This document shows positions 39,246-48,569 of a DNA stretch of 57,321 nucleotides, piece by piece. The position numbers and the translations under genes are program-made. Source of the stretch: a virus (Duplodnaviria > Caudoviricetes); IMG/VR virus record IMGVR_UViG_3300030012_004641, positions 1 through 57,321 of that record. The stretch is one strand, 5' to 3'. The first letter of the stretch is position 1; the number at the start of each line of letters is the position of its first letter. Below the pieces are notes generated by a model. It was not told where the DNA came from. It saw only the letters and a program-made list of their open reading frames with translations, and did no database searches.

Positions 39246-39711
39246 CGTTTTCTGTATTTAAATGTTGGTCTTTTGTTTCATGTTCCCAAATACCTTTAGC
39301 GTTATACTCATGCCAATATACTCTACCTTTTTGTATAGCGTCTTTAATATTTCGTTGCCTACCATTTAATTGACTTTCTCCACTTTTAACTTCTAAAAAA
39401 TGTACAGCACATTTTTTCTTTGAACCCATATCTGTAAAAGCTATATAATCAATTGGGTTACCAAAAAATCTTATGTCATTAGGATTGATTGGAAAATTTT
39501 CCATAAAAGGAACATAATGTTCTATTGTTTTTCCAAAACTAACTGCTCTAGAGCGTTGGTAAGCGTCTTCTCTAATTGCTTTTTCTTCTTTAAGTTTCCA
39601 TTTTGCTAATTGGGCTTCTGCCTTTCGTTCAGCTAATTGATCATGAAAACGCCAAACATAATAAGTAAACGCTAAAGCGCAGATTGTAATTGTAATTAAT
39701 ACTAAATTCAT
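39238..39711 (-). CDS. membrane-anchored Holliday-junction-resolvase-like endonuclease
   Basis: N-terminal TM; SRAV..G...E, F.G.PIDYI.F, FLEVKSG...L...QR. Confidence 0.8.
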   Translation of the reverse strand: MNLVLITITICALAFTYYVWRFHDQLAERKAEAQLAKWKLKEEKAIREDAYQRSRAVSFGKTIEHYVPFMENFPINPNDIRFFGNPIDYIAFTDMGSKKKCAVHFLEVKSGESQLNGRQRNIKDAIQKGRVYWHEYNAKGIWEHETKDQHLNTENDG

Positions 39712-40499
39712 AGTTGATTCATTTTTCTAAACATTTTTACATTGTGTAAAACGTTTTCTTTTTGTTTTGGGGATATTGGTTGGATGAAATTTTCATCAAT
39801 TTTTTCTTTATCTTTATGTAATAAACCTCCCTCTGAATACCTCATTCCTTTTAAACCATGTATAACAGGATTTGAAGTATCTATAGATTCTATAAATTTA
39901 AAATCTTTATAATAAAGAAATTCTTGGGGCAAATTACATCCTAAAAGGTGTACTCTATCAAAATCGCTTATAACATTGTGTTTGTAAAGGTTATTTATTG
40001 TTTTTAAGCGGCCCATCATTTTAGCTACGTATTGGTTTGGGTGTTGAAAACACTCGGCAAACCAAGAGGCACCATAACTAAATGCTATTTTTCTATATCC
40101 CAGCCACTTATAACGCTGATAACCAGTAGCAAAATCTGTATATGATTTACCCTGTACAACTGCTACTTTTTCCACTCCTTCAGGTAATTCGATTGAGGCC
40201 CATGTTTTAGCATTTCTAACACTAGCATTTGCGTTCTCCCAAACATCAGGAACAATGAATTCATTAGGTTTAAGTTCGTTTACCCAATGTAATAAACGCT
40301 TAGTATCATATGCTTCTCCTAGTTCATGGAGGGAATTATCCATGATTATATATCTACCTTCTGCTTTAGCTTGTCTAAAGTATTCTTCATATAAAGAATG
40401 CTGATCTAGTAAATGGGGAAGACAATAATCATAATCATTAAATTTTTTACTTGTCTCAAGTAATGCAATAGGAACTTCGTGTGAAATTTTAACCTTCAT
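39708..40499 (-). CDS. tRNA-guanine transglycosylase-fold protein, DpdA-like DNA base-exchange enzyme candidate
   Basis: IMDNS, VPD, VVQG, HLLG, SIDTS motifs in TGT order; located between queD and queC. Confidence 0.72.
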   Translation of the reverse strand: MKVKISHEVPIALLETSKKFNDYDYCLPHLLDQHSLYEEYFRQAKAEGRYIIMDNSLHELGEAYDTKRLLHWVNELKPNEFIVPDVWENANASVRNAKTWASIELPEGVEKVAVVQGKSYTDFATGYQRYKWLGYRKIAFSYGASWFAECFQHPNQYVAKMMGRLKTINNLYKHNVISDFDRVHLLGCNLPQEFLYYKDFKFIESIDTSNPVIHGLKGMRYSEGGLLHKDKEKIDENFIQPISPKQKENVLHNVKMFRKMNQL

Positions 40500-40953
40500 A
40501 TATAGCAGTATTTTTACCGTGTTCCATAAATTCTACTTTTGCTACTCTAACTCTACCATCTGTTTCTGTTTGTACAAATGTGTTTAGTTTACCAAAAATA
40601 AATTCAGCAAATTTTTCTGCTCCTGTAGCTTCTACTACTCTAACTTGGGCTATTTTATTATGCTCTAGTTCATTGATTAAATTAAGCATTGGATCATCTT
40701 TAGCAACTAAGATAGTATGATCAAACATATAATCCATCCATGCTTTAGGACTCATACCATCAATTTTAGTTTGGGCACGTTTCATGCCGCCAAAATCCCA
40801 AACCCAATTTCGATCATCTAACCCACCCTCAAACCATACTCTAAAACTAACTCCATAGCCATGCATAAATCTGCAATGTGTGTTTTCTGCTTTCCATTGA
40901 CGGAACACACAACTAAATCCGTCAAATAATTTTGTTGATTGAAATTTTCCCAT
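40489..40953 (-). CDS. queD: 6-carboxy-5,6,7,8-tetrahydropterin synthase
   Basis: CRFMHGY, WVWDFG, FDH, AEKFA, terminal E..KN.A. Confidence 0.88.
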   Translation of the reverse strand: MGKFQSTKLFDGFSCVFRQWKAENTHCRFMHGYGVSFRVWFEGGLDDRNWVWDFGGMKRAQTKIDGMSPKAWMDYMFDHTILVAKDDPMLNLINELEHNKIAQVRVVEATGAEKFAEFIFGKLNTFVQTETDGRVRVAKVEFMEHGKNTAIYEG

Positions 40954-40956
40954 ATT

Positions 40957-41484
40957 TTATTGTATAAAAGGGTTTTTACGGGGCCTACCTCGCCCACGTC
41001 GTTTTACGGGCATAGTTGAAAGTAAACTAATATTTTTAATACCCTTAAGTTCGGCATAGTAATAATACATTTCCTCAAGAGTACCATCAAACTTTTCCAT
41101 AACAGCAACTACATCCTCTTTTGATCCACCAAATGTAATAGAAAACTGCTTTACGATTTCCTTAAGGCGCTTTTCTTCGGTCTCATAGCCATCTTTAATA
41201 AGCAAATTTTGGCGCTTGCGGTAACGACGCTCAATAGAACGACTCTCCTCTAGGAAACTTTGGGCATCATTAAATAAATGCCTTTTTGAATTGACTTCTT
41301 CTTGGCACCAGTGAGCTTCCCACTCTGCTTGCTCAAAGTATTCTGGATAGTCAAAATCCCCATTTTGAATTCGCTCAAGCAAAGGTTTATAATGATGGAG
41401 GGGCTTATGTGTAGGAAAGCGCCTCCACCAATAAAATGGACTACGCTTCCGGTGAGTCGGTTTCGGTGGAATCTGTTTCTTCAT
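40957..41484 (-). CDS. hypothetical protein with C-terminal AT-hook
   Basis: KRRGRGRPRK. Confidence 0.6.
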   Translation of the reverse strand: MKKQIPPKPTHRKRSPFYWWRRFPTHKPLHHYKPLLERIQNGDFDYPEYFEQAEWEAHWCQEEVNSKRHLFNDAQSFLEESRSIERRYRKRQNLLIKDGYETEEKRLKEIVKQFSITFGGSKEDVVAVMEKFDGTLEEMYYYYAELKGIKNISLLSTMPVKRRGRGRPRKNPFIQ

Positions 41485-41644
41485 AACGGTCTCTTAATTC
41501 TTTTTGTAGTAAGGTACTTTCTTTTTTTAGGGAATCCACGTCTTCTATAGAAGCTCTTTCCATTTTAGAAAAGAGTTCTATAATTCGATCAAAGTCAGTT
41601 ACTAATTGATCAAAATCTACATTTTCAGGTTTTTTAGCCATCAC
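41441..41644 (-). CDS. small coiled-coil protein
   Basis: 67 aa helical ORF directly after nrdA. Confidence 0.5.
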   Translation of the reverse strand: MMAKKPENVDFDQLVTDFDRIIELFSKMERASIEDVDSLKKESTLLQKELRDRYEETDSTETDSPEA

Positions 41645-43343
41645 AACTTATACATTCGGCGGTTCGCGAACCGAGATCGCCTTTAATCACTGAATCGGTT
41701 CTTAGGTAATATAATGTTTTTACTCCCAATTTCCAAGCTTCCATATGACATTGATTAATCCATCTTGGAGAATCTGTAGGGTCAAATGAAAGATTAAGTG
41801 ATTGGGTTTGATCTATATATTTTTGTCTAATTGCTGCTTGACGAACAAGTTCAAGTTGGTTTACTTCACTAAATGTGAGGAAAATTTCTTTTTCATCTTC
41901 AGCTAATACATCGTGAGGTAAGTTTTGAACTGAACCGTTATCCGCAAGGATTTGATCCCAAACAGCATCTGTGTTTTTACCTTTTTCTTCTAAAATCGCT
42001 TCAAGGGTTTTATTTTTAACAATAAATGTTCCTTTAGCACCGTTAAAAGTGTAAATGTTAGCAGGAATAGGTTCAATACCAGCTGAACAGCTATTTAAAC
42101 GTGAATTTGAAACTGTAGGAGCGATTGCGAGTAAATGAGTATTTCTCATGCCTGTACCTTTACACCACATAGGTTCACCATATTCTTTAGCTAATTCTCT
42201 AGATGTTGCTTCGGCTTTATTTCTTAAATCACTAAAAATAGTGTGTGTCCAAGCTGTTGAAGCGATTGAGTTAAATGGCAAGTTTTTCTTTTGTAAGAAT
42301 GTGTGCCAACCCATTACACCTAAACCAAGTGCTCTACCTTTTTTAGCGTGTCTATGGGTGCGGATAAGTGAATCTTTACCGTTACTCTTATCTATGAATT
42401 CTTGCATAACGCCGTCGAGGAATCGGATCGCGGTTTCCACAACGTCAGTGTCTTTCCATTCGTCGTATTTTGCCAAATTAAGTGAGGAGAGACAACATAT
42501 AAAGGAATGTTCTTCATCTGTATGTAATGTTATTTCTGTACAAATATTAGTCATACTTACATCTAAGTTGTTCATAGCATATGCTAACGGATTATCCTTG
42601 TTAACATTGTCTTTAAACATGATGTAAGGTTCACCAGTTTCAACTCTAGTTTTTAGGATTTCAAGCCACAATTCCATCGCTTCAGAATCCCTGTCTTGTA
42701 AACGACGCATAAATGAATCATCTACAACTACACATTGGTGAAGGTTAAGACATTGTCTATTTGGGTCACCTTTAGGTCTGCGAATTTGCATAAACTCATT
42801 TATATCAATGTGATTAATATCTAAGTTTACAGATGCAGCCCCACGGCGAACCGAACCTTGGTTTGTAGCAATAATGGCTGAATCATAGATTTTACACCAA
42901 GGTACTACACCTTCAGATTTACCATTACCCGAAATTGCTGCTCCTCTAGGTCTGATTCTTGAAACACTGATTCCAACTCCACCACCTAAAGCGGTAAGTT
43001 TCATAAGTTCAGCATTTGTTAATCCAATTCCCCTGACGCTATCAGGTGTATCAATACCAAAACAAGAAATGGGAAGACCCCTATCGGTCCCAGTATTAGA
43101 CAAAACGGGAGAAGCGAGACCAATCCAACCATTCCAAATATATTTGAAGAACTTAGCTTCCAAATCTGGTCTATCAATCCTAAGGGAGATTGCTTTTGCG
43201 ACTCGTCTATATGCTTTTCTTGGCGTTTCATCGGGTAATAAATACCCTTTTGAAATAGTTGCTACGCCAACTTCATCCATCCATTCAGGGTAATCCTTCC
43301 CCGCAACCCAGTGGGTTGTATCTGCTATTAAATTTCCGTCCAT
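41634..43343 (-). CDS. nrdA: class I ribonucleotide reductase alpha subunit (no ATP cone)
   Basis: ISCF, TNICTEI, CCLSS, APTVS, YYLR, C-terminal CISCDG. Confidence 0.95.
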   Translation of the reverse strand: MDGNLIADTTHWVAGKDYPEWMDEVGVATISKGYLLPDETPRKAYRRVAKAISLRIDRPDLEAKFFKYIWNGWIGLASPVLSNTGTDRGLPISCFGIDTPDSVRGIGLTNAELMKLTALGGGVGISVSRIRPRGAAISGNGKSEGVVPWCKIYDSAIIATNQGSVRRGAASVNLDINHIDINEFMQIRRPKGDPNRQCLNLHQCVVVDDSFMRRLQDRDSEAMELWLEILKTRVETGEPYIMFKDNVNKDNPLAYAMNNLDVSMTNICTEITLHTDEEHSFICCLSSLNLAKYDEWKDTDVVETAIRFLDGVMQEFIDKSNGKDSLIRTHRHAKKGRALGLGVMGWHTFLQKKNLPFNSIASTAWTHTIFSDLRNKAEATSRELAKEYGEPMWCKGTGMRNTHLLAIAPTVSNSRLNSCSAGIEPIPANIYTFNGAKGTFIVKNKTLEAILEEKGKNTDAVWDQILADNGSVQNLPHDVLAEDEKEIFLTFSEVNQLELVRQAAIRQKYIDQTQSLNLSFDPTDSPRWINQCHMEAWKLGVKTLYYLRTDSVIKGDLGSRTAECISCDG

Positions 43344-44038
43344 TATAAATCTAAGATTTTTAAATTATCGTTTTTATCATATCCCACATTCCCCTCATGA
43401 AATTCTCCAAATAATTTAGTCACCTTAAATAAGGGGTGTAATTTTTGCACTAAAGGAATATCTTTCCCTATTATAGAAAATGCAGTGTTTGGTTCAAGAG
43501 GGGCTAAAAGGGATTCATAACTGTTATATACACTATCATTACTTATTTTTAAGTTTGAAAGTGCAGAATCCCAATTATCAGACATATAAAGACCATATCC
43601 ATACGCATTCAAACTTGTATCTCCGGATTCAAAACCGCCCTCCTTAGAACCATTAAAGTTTAGTTTACCCTTACCAGCACCTTCAGTACCACTAAAATTA
43701 ACATAAGCTTCTTTAGGGGTTTTATATTTTTTAGATAAAAATTCAAGTAATCTATTATGTATATTGACTATAACTTTAGTTATGTCATCCATAAATCTTT
43801 CATTATCTATCACTTCCTGAAGGTAATATCCTTTAAATTCTCCTTTAGGTTTAACTACTTTAGCCACATATTTGGGGAATTTTTTCTGAATATTAATATA
43901 GTTATCTAAATTACGTTCTGATAAGTATGATTGCTTTTTTATAACAAAATTAGGGTCTTTTTCATATGGGTATACAGTATGTTCATCCCCATATCCTAAT
44001 AAGGTCTTTTGTCGGGTTTTAATTTCTTTAATCCCCAT
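43343..44038 (-). CDS. protein kinase-like fold protein (divergent)
   Basis: LGYGDEHTVY Gly-loop, VIK, EFHEGNV catalytic-loop-like, terminal ILDL. Confidence 0.5.
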   Translation of the reverse strand: MGIKEIKTRQKTLLGYGDEHTVYPYEKDPNFVIKKQSYLSERNLDNYINIQKKFPKYVAKVVKPKGEFKGYYLQEVIDNERFMDDITKVIVNIHNRLLEFLSKKYKTPKEAYVNFSGTEGAGKGKLNFNGSKEGGFESGDTSLNAYGYGLYMSDNWDSALSNLKISNDSVYNSYESLLAPLEPNTAFSIIGKDIPLVQKLHPLFKVTKLFGEFHEGNVGYDKNDNLKILDL

Positions 44039-44041
44039 AAC

Positions 44042-45025
44042 TTAAAATATTGATTCGTCCCACTGCAAGTGACCCTTGCTGTAGTTTGTTACTCTGTTTG
44101 CAAAGAAATCAGTGTGTTGTTTTCCGGCTGAAAGGCTGTCAAACCACTTCATTCTTTTAAGGGCGTTTGGATCAATTCCGTTTACAATAGGATCATAACC
44201 TAAATCGCCTAATTTTGTGTTAACTCTATTTTTAATGAAGCTAATTAAGTCTTCTTTAGCACATCCTTCAAGATCACCTAACTCATAAACTTTATCTATA
44301 AATTCAAGTTCAAGTTGAAGTGATAAAAGCGCAGCTTCAGTTATTGCTGTTTTGAGCTCCGGAGTGTCGAGCTCAGGGTTTTCCTTGATAAGTGTTCTAA
44401 ATAACCAACATCCGGCATCGGAGTGCATGCTTTCGTCTCTAATACTCCACTCAACAATTTGTCCCACGCCCTTAAGTTTGTTTCGCATCTTGAAAGAGAG
44501 TAGTACGGCGAAGGAAGAAAAGAGGTTGACACCTTCGGTGAACGCAGAGAAGATGGCAAGAGATTTTGCGATTTCATGCCAATCTTTTTCGCCATTAAAA
44601 CTGTCCCTAACTGACATAAGATTCTCAATCTTAGCCATTGTAGTCTCATCTTCGAGGAATTCGCTAAAGTCGTCAAGTCCAAGTGTTTCATTTAGTAAAG
44701 AATATGCTTCGGCATGGATTGTTTCCATAGCTCCGAAAGTGGTTGCCATCATAACTATTTCTGGCTTACGGAACCATTTTGTTACAAGACCACTCCAATA
44801 ATCATTTACTACAGTTTCAGTTTGTGCAAAACCCTTTAAGATAGAACCTATTATGTTTTTTTCTGTGTCTGTTAGATTTTGTTTCCAATCATTTAAGTCA
44901 GACATCATTGGTACTTCTGTGTGTAACCAGTGAGCTTGTTGTTGTTTAAGCCAGTAATCAAAAGCCTCTTGATATTCAAAGGGCTTGTATACAATTCTTT
45001 CCTCTTTAAGGTCTTTTTTCGCCAT
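44042..45025 (-). CDS. nrdB: class I ribonucleotide reductase beta subunit
   Basis: ETIH..AY, EGV.LFSSF, DESMH diiron-carboxylate motifs; DFFA..VTNY tail. Confidence 0.95.
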   Translation of the reverse strand: MAKKDLKEERIVYKPFEYQEAFDYWLKQQQAHWLHTEVPMMSDLNDWKQNLTDTEKNIIGSILKGFAQTETVVNDYWSGLVTKWFRKPEIVMMATTFGAMETIHAEAYSLLNETLGLDDFSEFLEDETTMAKIENLMSVRDSFNGEKDWHEIAKSLAIFSAFTEGVNLFSSFAVLLSFKMRNKLKGVGQIVEWSIRDESMHSDAGCWLFRTLIKENPELDTPELKTAITEAALLSLQLELEFIDKVYELGDLEGCAKEDLISFIKNRVNTKLGDLGYDPIVNGIDPNALKRMKWFDSLSAGKQHTDFFANRVTNYSKGHLQWDESIF

Positions 45026-45074
45026 TTTACTTGGGGATTTTTAGTTAGTGTAGCAATAAATACAGTATATACTG

Positions 45075-46418
45075 TTAAAAGTTAAAAATATTTTCAGCAG
45101 CCCTTTGGAGGTTTCTTCTTTCGTTTCCTGTGAATCCTGCTCCGTCAGGGTTTGTGTTTTCTTCGTTGTTTACTCGATTGGTAAAATCGATTTTTCCGGT
45201 AGATGTGTCCATAAGCGCGTTAAATGTTAAACCATCAGCGCCGTATCTGTTTTTCATAATGTGGAATCTACCAGTACCATTTTCTTTATCTTCAGTTTTG
45301 CGCGAAAGGGATATAGCAAAATCAGAAATCATAATTTTAGAGTAGCTTTCTGCGATCTGATCTCCTTGGATTATGTTGTCTCTAGCGGCGGATCTGTTAC
45401 TCTGAGATGCGGTCCAAATTGGGATTTTTAACTCAGTAGCCAAACCTCTTAGCGAAGTATAAATGTCATCTAGTTTATCTCTTTTTTCTTTTCCGTTTCT
45501 AGTGTATAAAAGATCCGCGTAATCTAACACAATAAGATCAGGTTCAATGCCCTGGCCGCGACACTTATCTACGTGCGCTAATATCGTATTTACGTTGGCT
45601 TTACCCGCCGGATATTGCTTAATATACAACTTCCCTCTCATGTTTCCTAATTCTTCTTTAACAGTAGATTTATGAATTTTTATTTCATTTACTGGTATTT
45701 CCGTAAAGAAAGCGTCATATCTCTGTCCTACATACATGTCAGAAAGTTCGAGGGTATAATGCAAAACTGTGTAACCTAATTTGACAGCATGTCCACCTAA
45801 TGCAACAAGCGCCCACGATTTACCACCACCAGGATTACCAACAAGCAAACCTAAATCGCCTGTACCTAATCCTCCGCTTAATAGTTGATTGATTTCATTC
45901 CAAGGGGTTTCAATAGTGTTTCTGGCTTCTTCCTGGTAACGGGCTTCGATTTCATCCATGTAATCGTGGCCAAGATTTTTTTCTACACCTGCTTTAAGTG
46001 CATTGTCAATAAGTCTACGGATGTCTTCATAATTTCCTATTTCAAGTAGGTCAACTGAAGAAAGTAGGGCAGATTTAAGTGTTTGGTTTCTGCAAAAATC
46101 AAGGAATGTTTGTTTTACAAAATCAAGATCCTGTGACTTAGTAGATTTAAATGTTTCCTTAAGTTGTTCTTTTACAGCAACTTGTTGGATTTCATTTTTA
46201 ATTTTTTCTACTTCAACCTTAAACACCTCCATTGTAGGGGTAGTTCTAAACTCATTAAAATATTCTAGAGTCTTACCTACAATCCACTTATTTGCTTCGT
46301 TATCAAAAAAGTCAGGCGATACAATATCCGCTACTTGTTGCAAAAACTCTCTGTCTTTAACAAGTGTAGATAGTACCTTGACCTGAAAATTGTGGCCGTA
46401 CTGTTCTAACTTACTCAT
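45075..46418 (-). CDS. replicative DnaB-like helicase (T4 gp41-like)
   Basis: GNPGGGKS, YTLEL, LDYADL, WTASQ.NR, KNRYG. Confidence 0.92.
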   Translation of the reverse strand: MSKLEQYGHNFQVKVLSTLVKDREFLQQVADIVSPDFFDNEANKWIVGKTLEYFNEFRTTPTMEVFKVEVEKIKNEIQQVAVKEQLKETFKSTKSQDLDFVKQTFLDFCRNQTLKSALLSSVDLLEIGNYEDIRRLIDNALKAGVEKNLGHDYMDEIEARYQEEARNTIETPWNEINQLLSGGLGTGDLGLLVGNPGGGKSWALVALGGHAVKLGYTVLHYTLELSDMYVGQRYDAFFTEIPVNEIKIHKSTVKEELGNMRGKLYIKQYPAGKANVNTILAHVDKCRGQGIEPDLIVLDYADLLYTRNGKEKRDKLDDIYTSLRGLATELKIPIWTASQSNRSAARDNIIQGDQIAESYSKIMISDFAISLSRKTEDKENGTGRFHIMKNRYGADGLTFNALMDTSTGKIDFTNRVNNEENTNPDGAGFTGNERRNLQRAAENIFNF

Positions 46419-47430
46419 GTGTTAATTTTGCAAGATTATTTAATTTGAGGAAATGTTCCTTTAACCAGATATCTGGATTTTGTAAATTAGTCCCCATATA
46501 ATCTTCGTTATATAACATAATAAAATCATTTCGGTGGAGCAAATTTGTTGGGCGAGAAGCTAAATCACTTATTTGAACTTTTAATTGTCCAGACATAATT
46601 GGATCTTTAAGTGACATCATCTTTTCGTTTATTTCCAACGTTTCTCTATTTTCAACGATTCGCTTATGCATTAAACTATCTTGTGTTGACGCATAGTGTA
46701 TAAGATAATCTAGATTCATTTCCATTCCTGTGATTTCAGGGATTACCTTAGTCATCTTTTTTGGGCCTAAACCTTTAATACCTTCAAGGTTATCTGATTT
46801 ATCTCCCATTAAACACTTATACATCAAAAAATTGTGAGCTGGTATTCCATATTCGGTGAATATTTGCTCTTTTGTATAGTATTTTTTCTTATTTGGTGAC
46901 CAAACTACAATTCGATCGTTTACTAATTGTAAAAAATCTTGGTCAGCAGACATGATAATTACTTCGTTTTCTAGTACATTTTGTGCGATATAAGCGATTA
47001 CATCGTCTGCTTCAACATTGTCTACACTGTAAACATCAATTGGAAGTAACTCAAGGTAACTGAGTAGTCTTCTGAATTGTATTTTCATTGCTTCCTTTTC
47101 GTCTTCAAGCGAATTAAAAGCATCAAACTTAGTTACACGTTTAGGAATACGTTGTGATTTATAGTTTGGGTTAATTTTTCTTCGTCTTTTACTACCTCCG
47201 GCTCCATCATAAACAACAACTACCCGGGTCGGTTCCATTTGCCTAATAGCAAGTGCAAGGGATTTCATAAAACCCATAATACCACCTACAGGAACACCTT
47301 TTTCATTTAATGCACCATTTACGGCAAATGCTCTTAGGAATATATTTAGTCCGTCAATGAGAAGCACCCTGTCATTAGGGTGCTTCTCTTCCTGGGATAT
47401 GTTATTTAAGATATCTTCGAAATTACTCAT
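46411..47430 (-). CDS. 5'-3' exonuclease / flap endonuclease (T4 RNase H / Pol I N-terminal-like)
   Basis: LIDG.N, YK..R, EADD, SADQDF.QL, GDKSDN..GIKGLGPK. Confidence 0.92.
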   Translation of the reverse strand: MSNFEDILNNISQEEKHPNDRVLLIDGLNIFLRAFAVNGALNEKGVPVGGIMGFMKSLALAIRQMEPTRVVVVYDGAGGSKRRRKINPNYKSQRIPKRVTKFDAFNSLEDEKEAMKIQFRRLLSYLELLPIDVYSVDNVEADDVIAYIAQNVLENEVIIMSADQDFLQLVNDRIVVWSPNKKKYYTKEQIFTEYGIPAHNFLMYKCLMGDKSDNLEGIKGLGPKKMTKVIPEITGMEMNLDYLIHYASTQDSLMHKRIVENRETLEINEKMMSLKDPIMSGQLKVQISDLASRPTNLLHRNDFIMLYNEDYMGTNLQNPDIWLKEHFLKLNNLAKLTHE

Positions 47431-48568
47431 TTTCAGTTATGGTTTCTTCGGGGTCACGATCTAGACCATCCTCTTTTTCGTGACGATACTTCATAATGTA
47501 CTTATCACAAAGGGCTTTATACAATTCTTCTTTAGCCGTAGGGTGACTGTCAAGAAGATCTCCAAATTCTTTAGCTAAGAACTGATGGGTCTCTCCATCG
47601 GCAGTGGTGTACTTGTACCAAGCACCCCCTTGGGTTACGATCTTGTATTCTTTAAGCAATTTTAAGGTACCATAAATGTCGTCAATCCCGGAATCGTAAA
47701 AGACGTTATAGCGAACTTTTCGGTTAGGTGGGCCTAGGCGGTTTTTAACAACTACGCATTCAACTTCCTGCCCAACTATTTCATCCACACCATTAACTTT
47801 CTCTTTAATCTTGCCTACTCCTTTGAGTCGCAAGCGAACTGAGGCGTGGAACTGAAGCGCTTTACCTCCTGACGTTGTATATTGGTCTCCAAACGGCATC
47901 GCGTTTAGTTTTTGACGTAACTGATTAGTGAATACACACAGGATTTTTTGCTTACCAATTAAATTAGTAATTTTGCGCATCGATTTAGACATGATGATTG
48001 CTTTCGCAGTAGCATAACCATCTTTTTCATAGTCGGCTGCAGACTCAATTTTTGTGGTTGCGGCGGCTACAGAGTCTACTACAATAGTCACTAGCTTATC
48101 TTTATTCTTTTCGCGAATCTTTACGATGATGTCTTCCATTGCTTCAAAAACATCCTCAATTGTATCAAGAGGGATGTAAAGCATCTTATCAACATCAACT
48201 CCTATGGCGGTTAAGAACTGTGCGTCTAGTGCTGATTCAGTATCAATGTATATTGCCACACCGTCTTGCTTTTGTGTAGAAGCAATTACGTGAGCTGCTA
48301 GGAGGGATTTACCGCTTTGCTCTAGGCCCGTAATCTCAACAATTTTACTAACAGGCAAACCCCCATTTGGTCTGTTAGAGATCGCCAAGTCGAGTGGTGT
48401 ACATCCAGTAGATACCCAAGATGTGACATCTGTTGGTGATTCTTCCCCACCGTTAAGAAAGTAGGCAACTTGGTTGTATTCTTTACTGAACTTTTTATTT
48501 AGCGAGGTTGCTAGTTCGTCAGTAAGACTTCCCCCGTCTAGGGCCTTATTGTTGGATTTTCTTGCCAT
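47423..48568 (-). CDS. RecA/UvsX recombinase
   Basis: GLEQSGKS, YIDTE, VVDSVAA, NQLR, GGKAL.F.ASVRL, KNR. Confidence 0.93.
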   Translation of the reverse strand: MARKSNNKALDGGSLTDELATSLNKKFSKEYNQVAYFLNGGEESPTDVTSWVSTGCTPLDLAISNRPNGGLPVSKIVEITGLEQSGKSLLAAHVIASTQKQDGVAIYIDTESALDAQFLTAIGVDVDKMLYIPLDTIEDVFEAMEDIIVKIREKNKDKLVTIVVDSVAAATTKIESAADYEKDGYATAKAIIMSKSMRKITNLIGKQKILCVFTNQLRQKLNAMPFGDQYTTSGGKALQFHASVRLRLKGVGKIKEKVNGVDEIVGQEVECVVVKNRLGPPNRKVRYNVFYDSGIDDIYGTLKLLKEYKIVTQGGAWYKYTTADGETHQFLAKEFGDLLDSHPTAKEELYKALCDKYIMKYRHEKEDGLDRDPEETITENE

Positions 48569-48569
48569 A

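Noticed and set aside
41441-41644. Exonuclease VII small subunit resemblance
   Set aside because: Only a generic helical pattern, and no large subunit in the window.
45062-45075. NrdR box or SOS box assignment for the palindrome
   Set aside because: Length and arm order do not fit either consensus; kept only as an unassigned palindrome.
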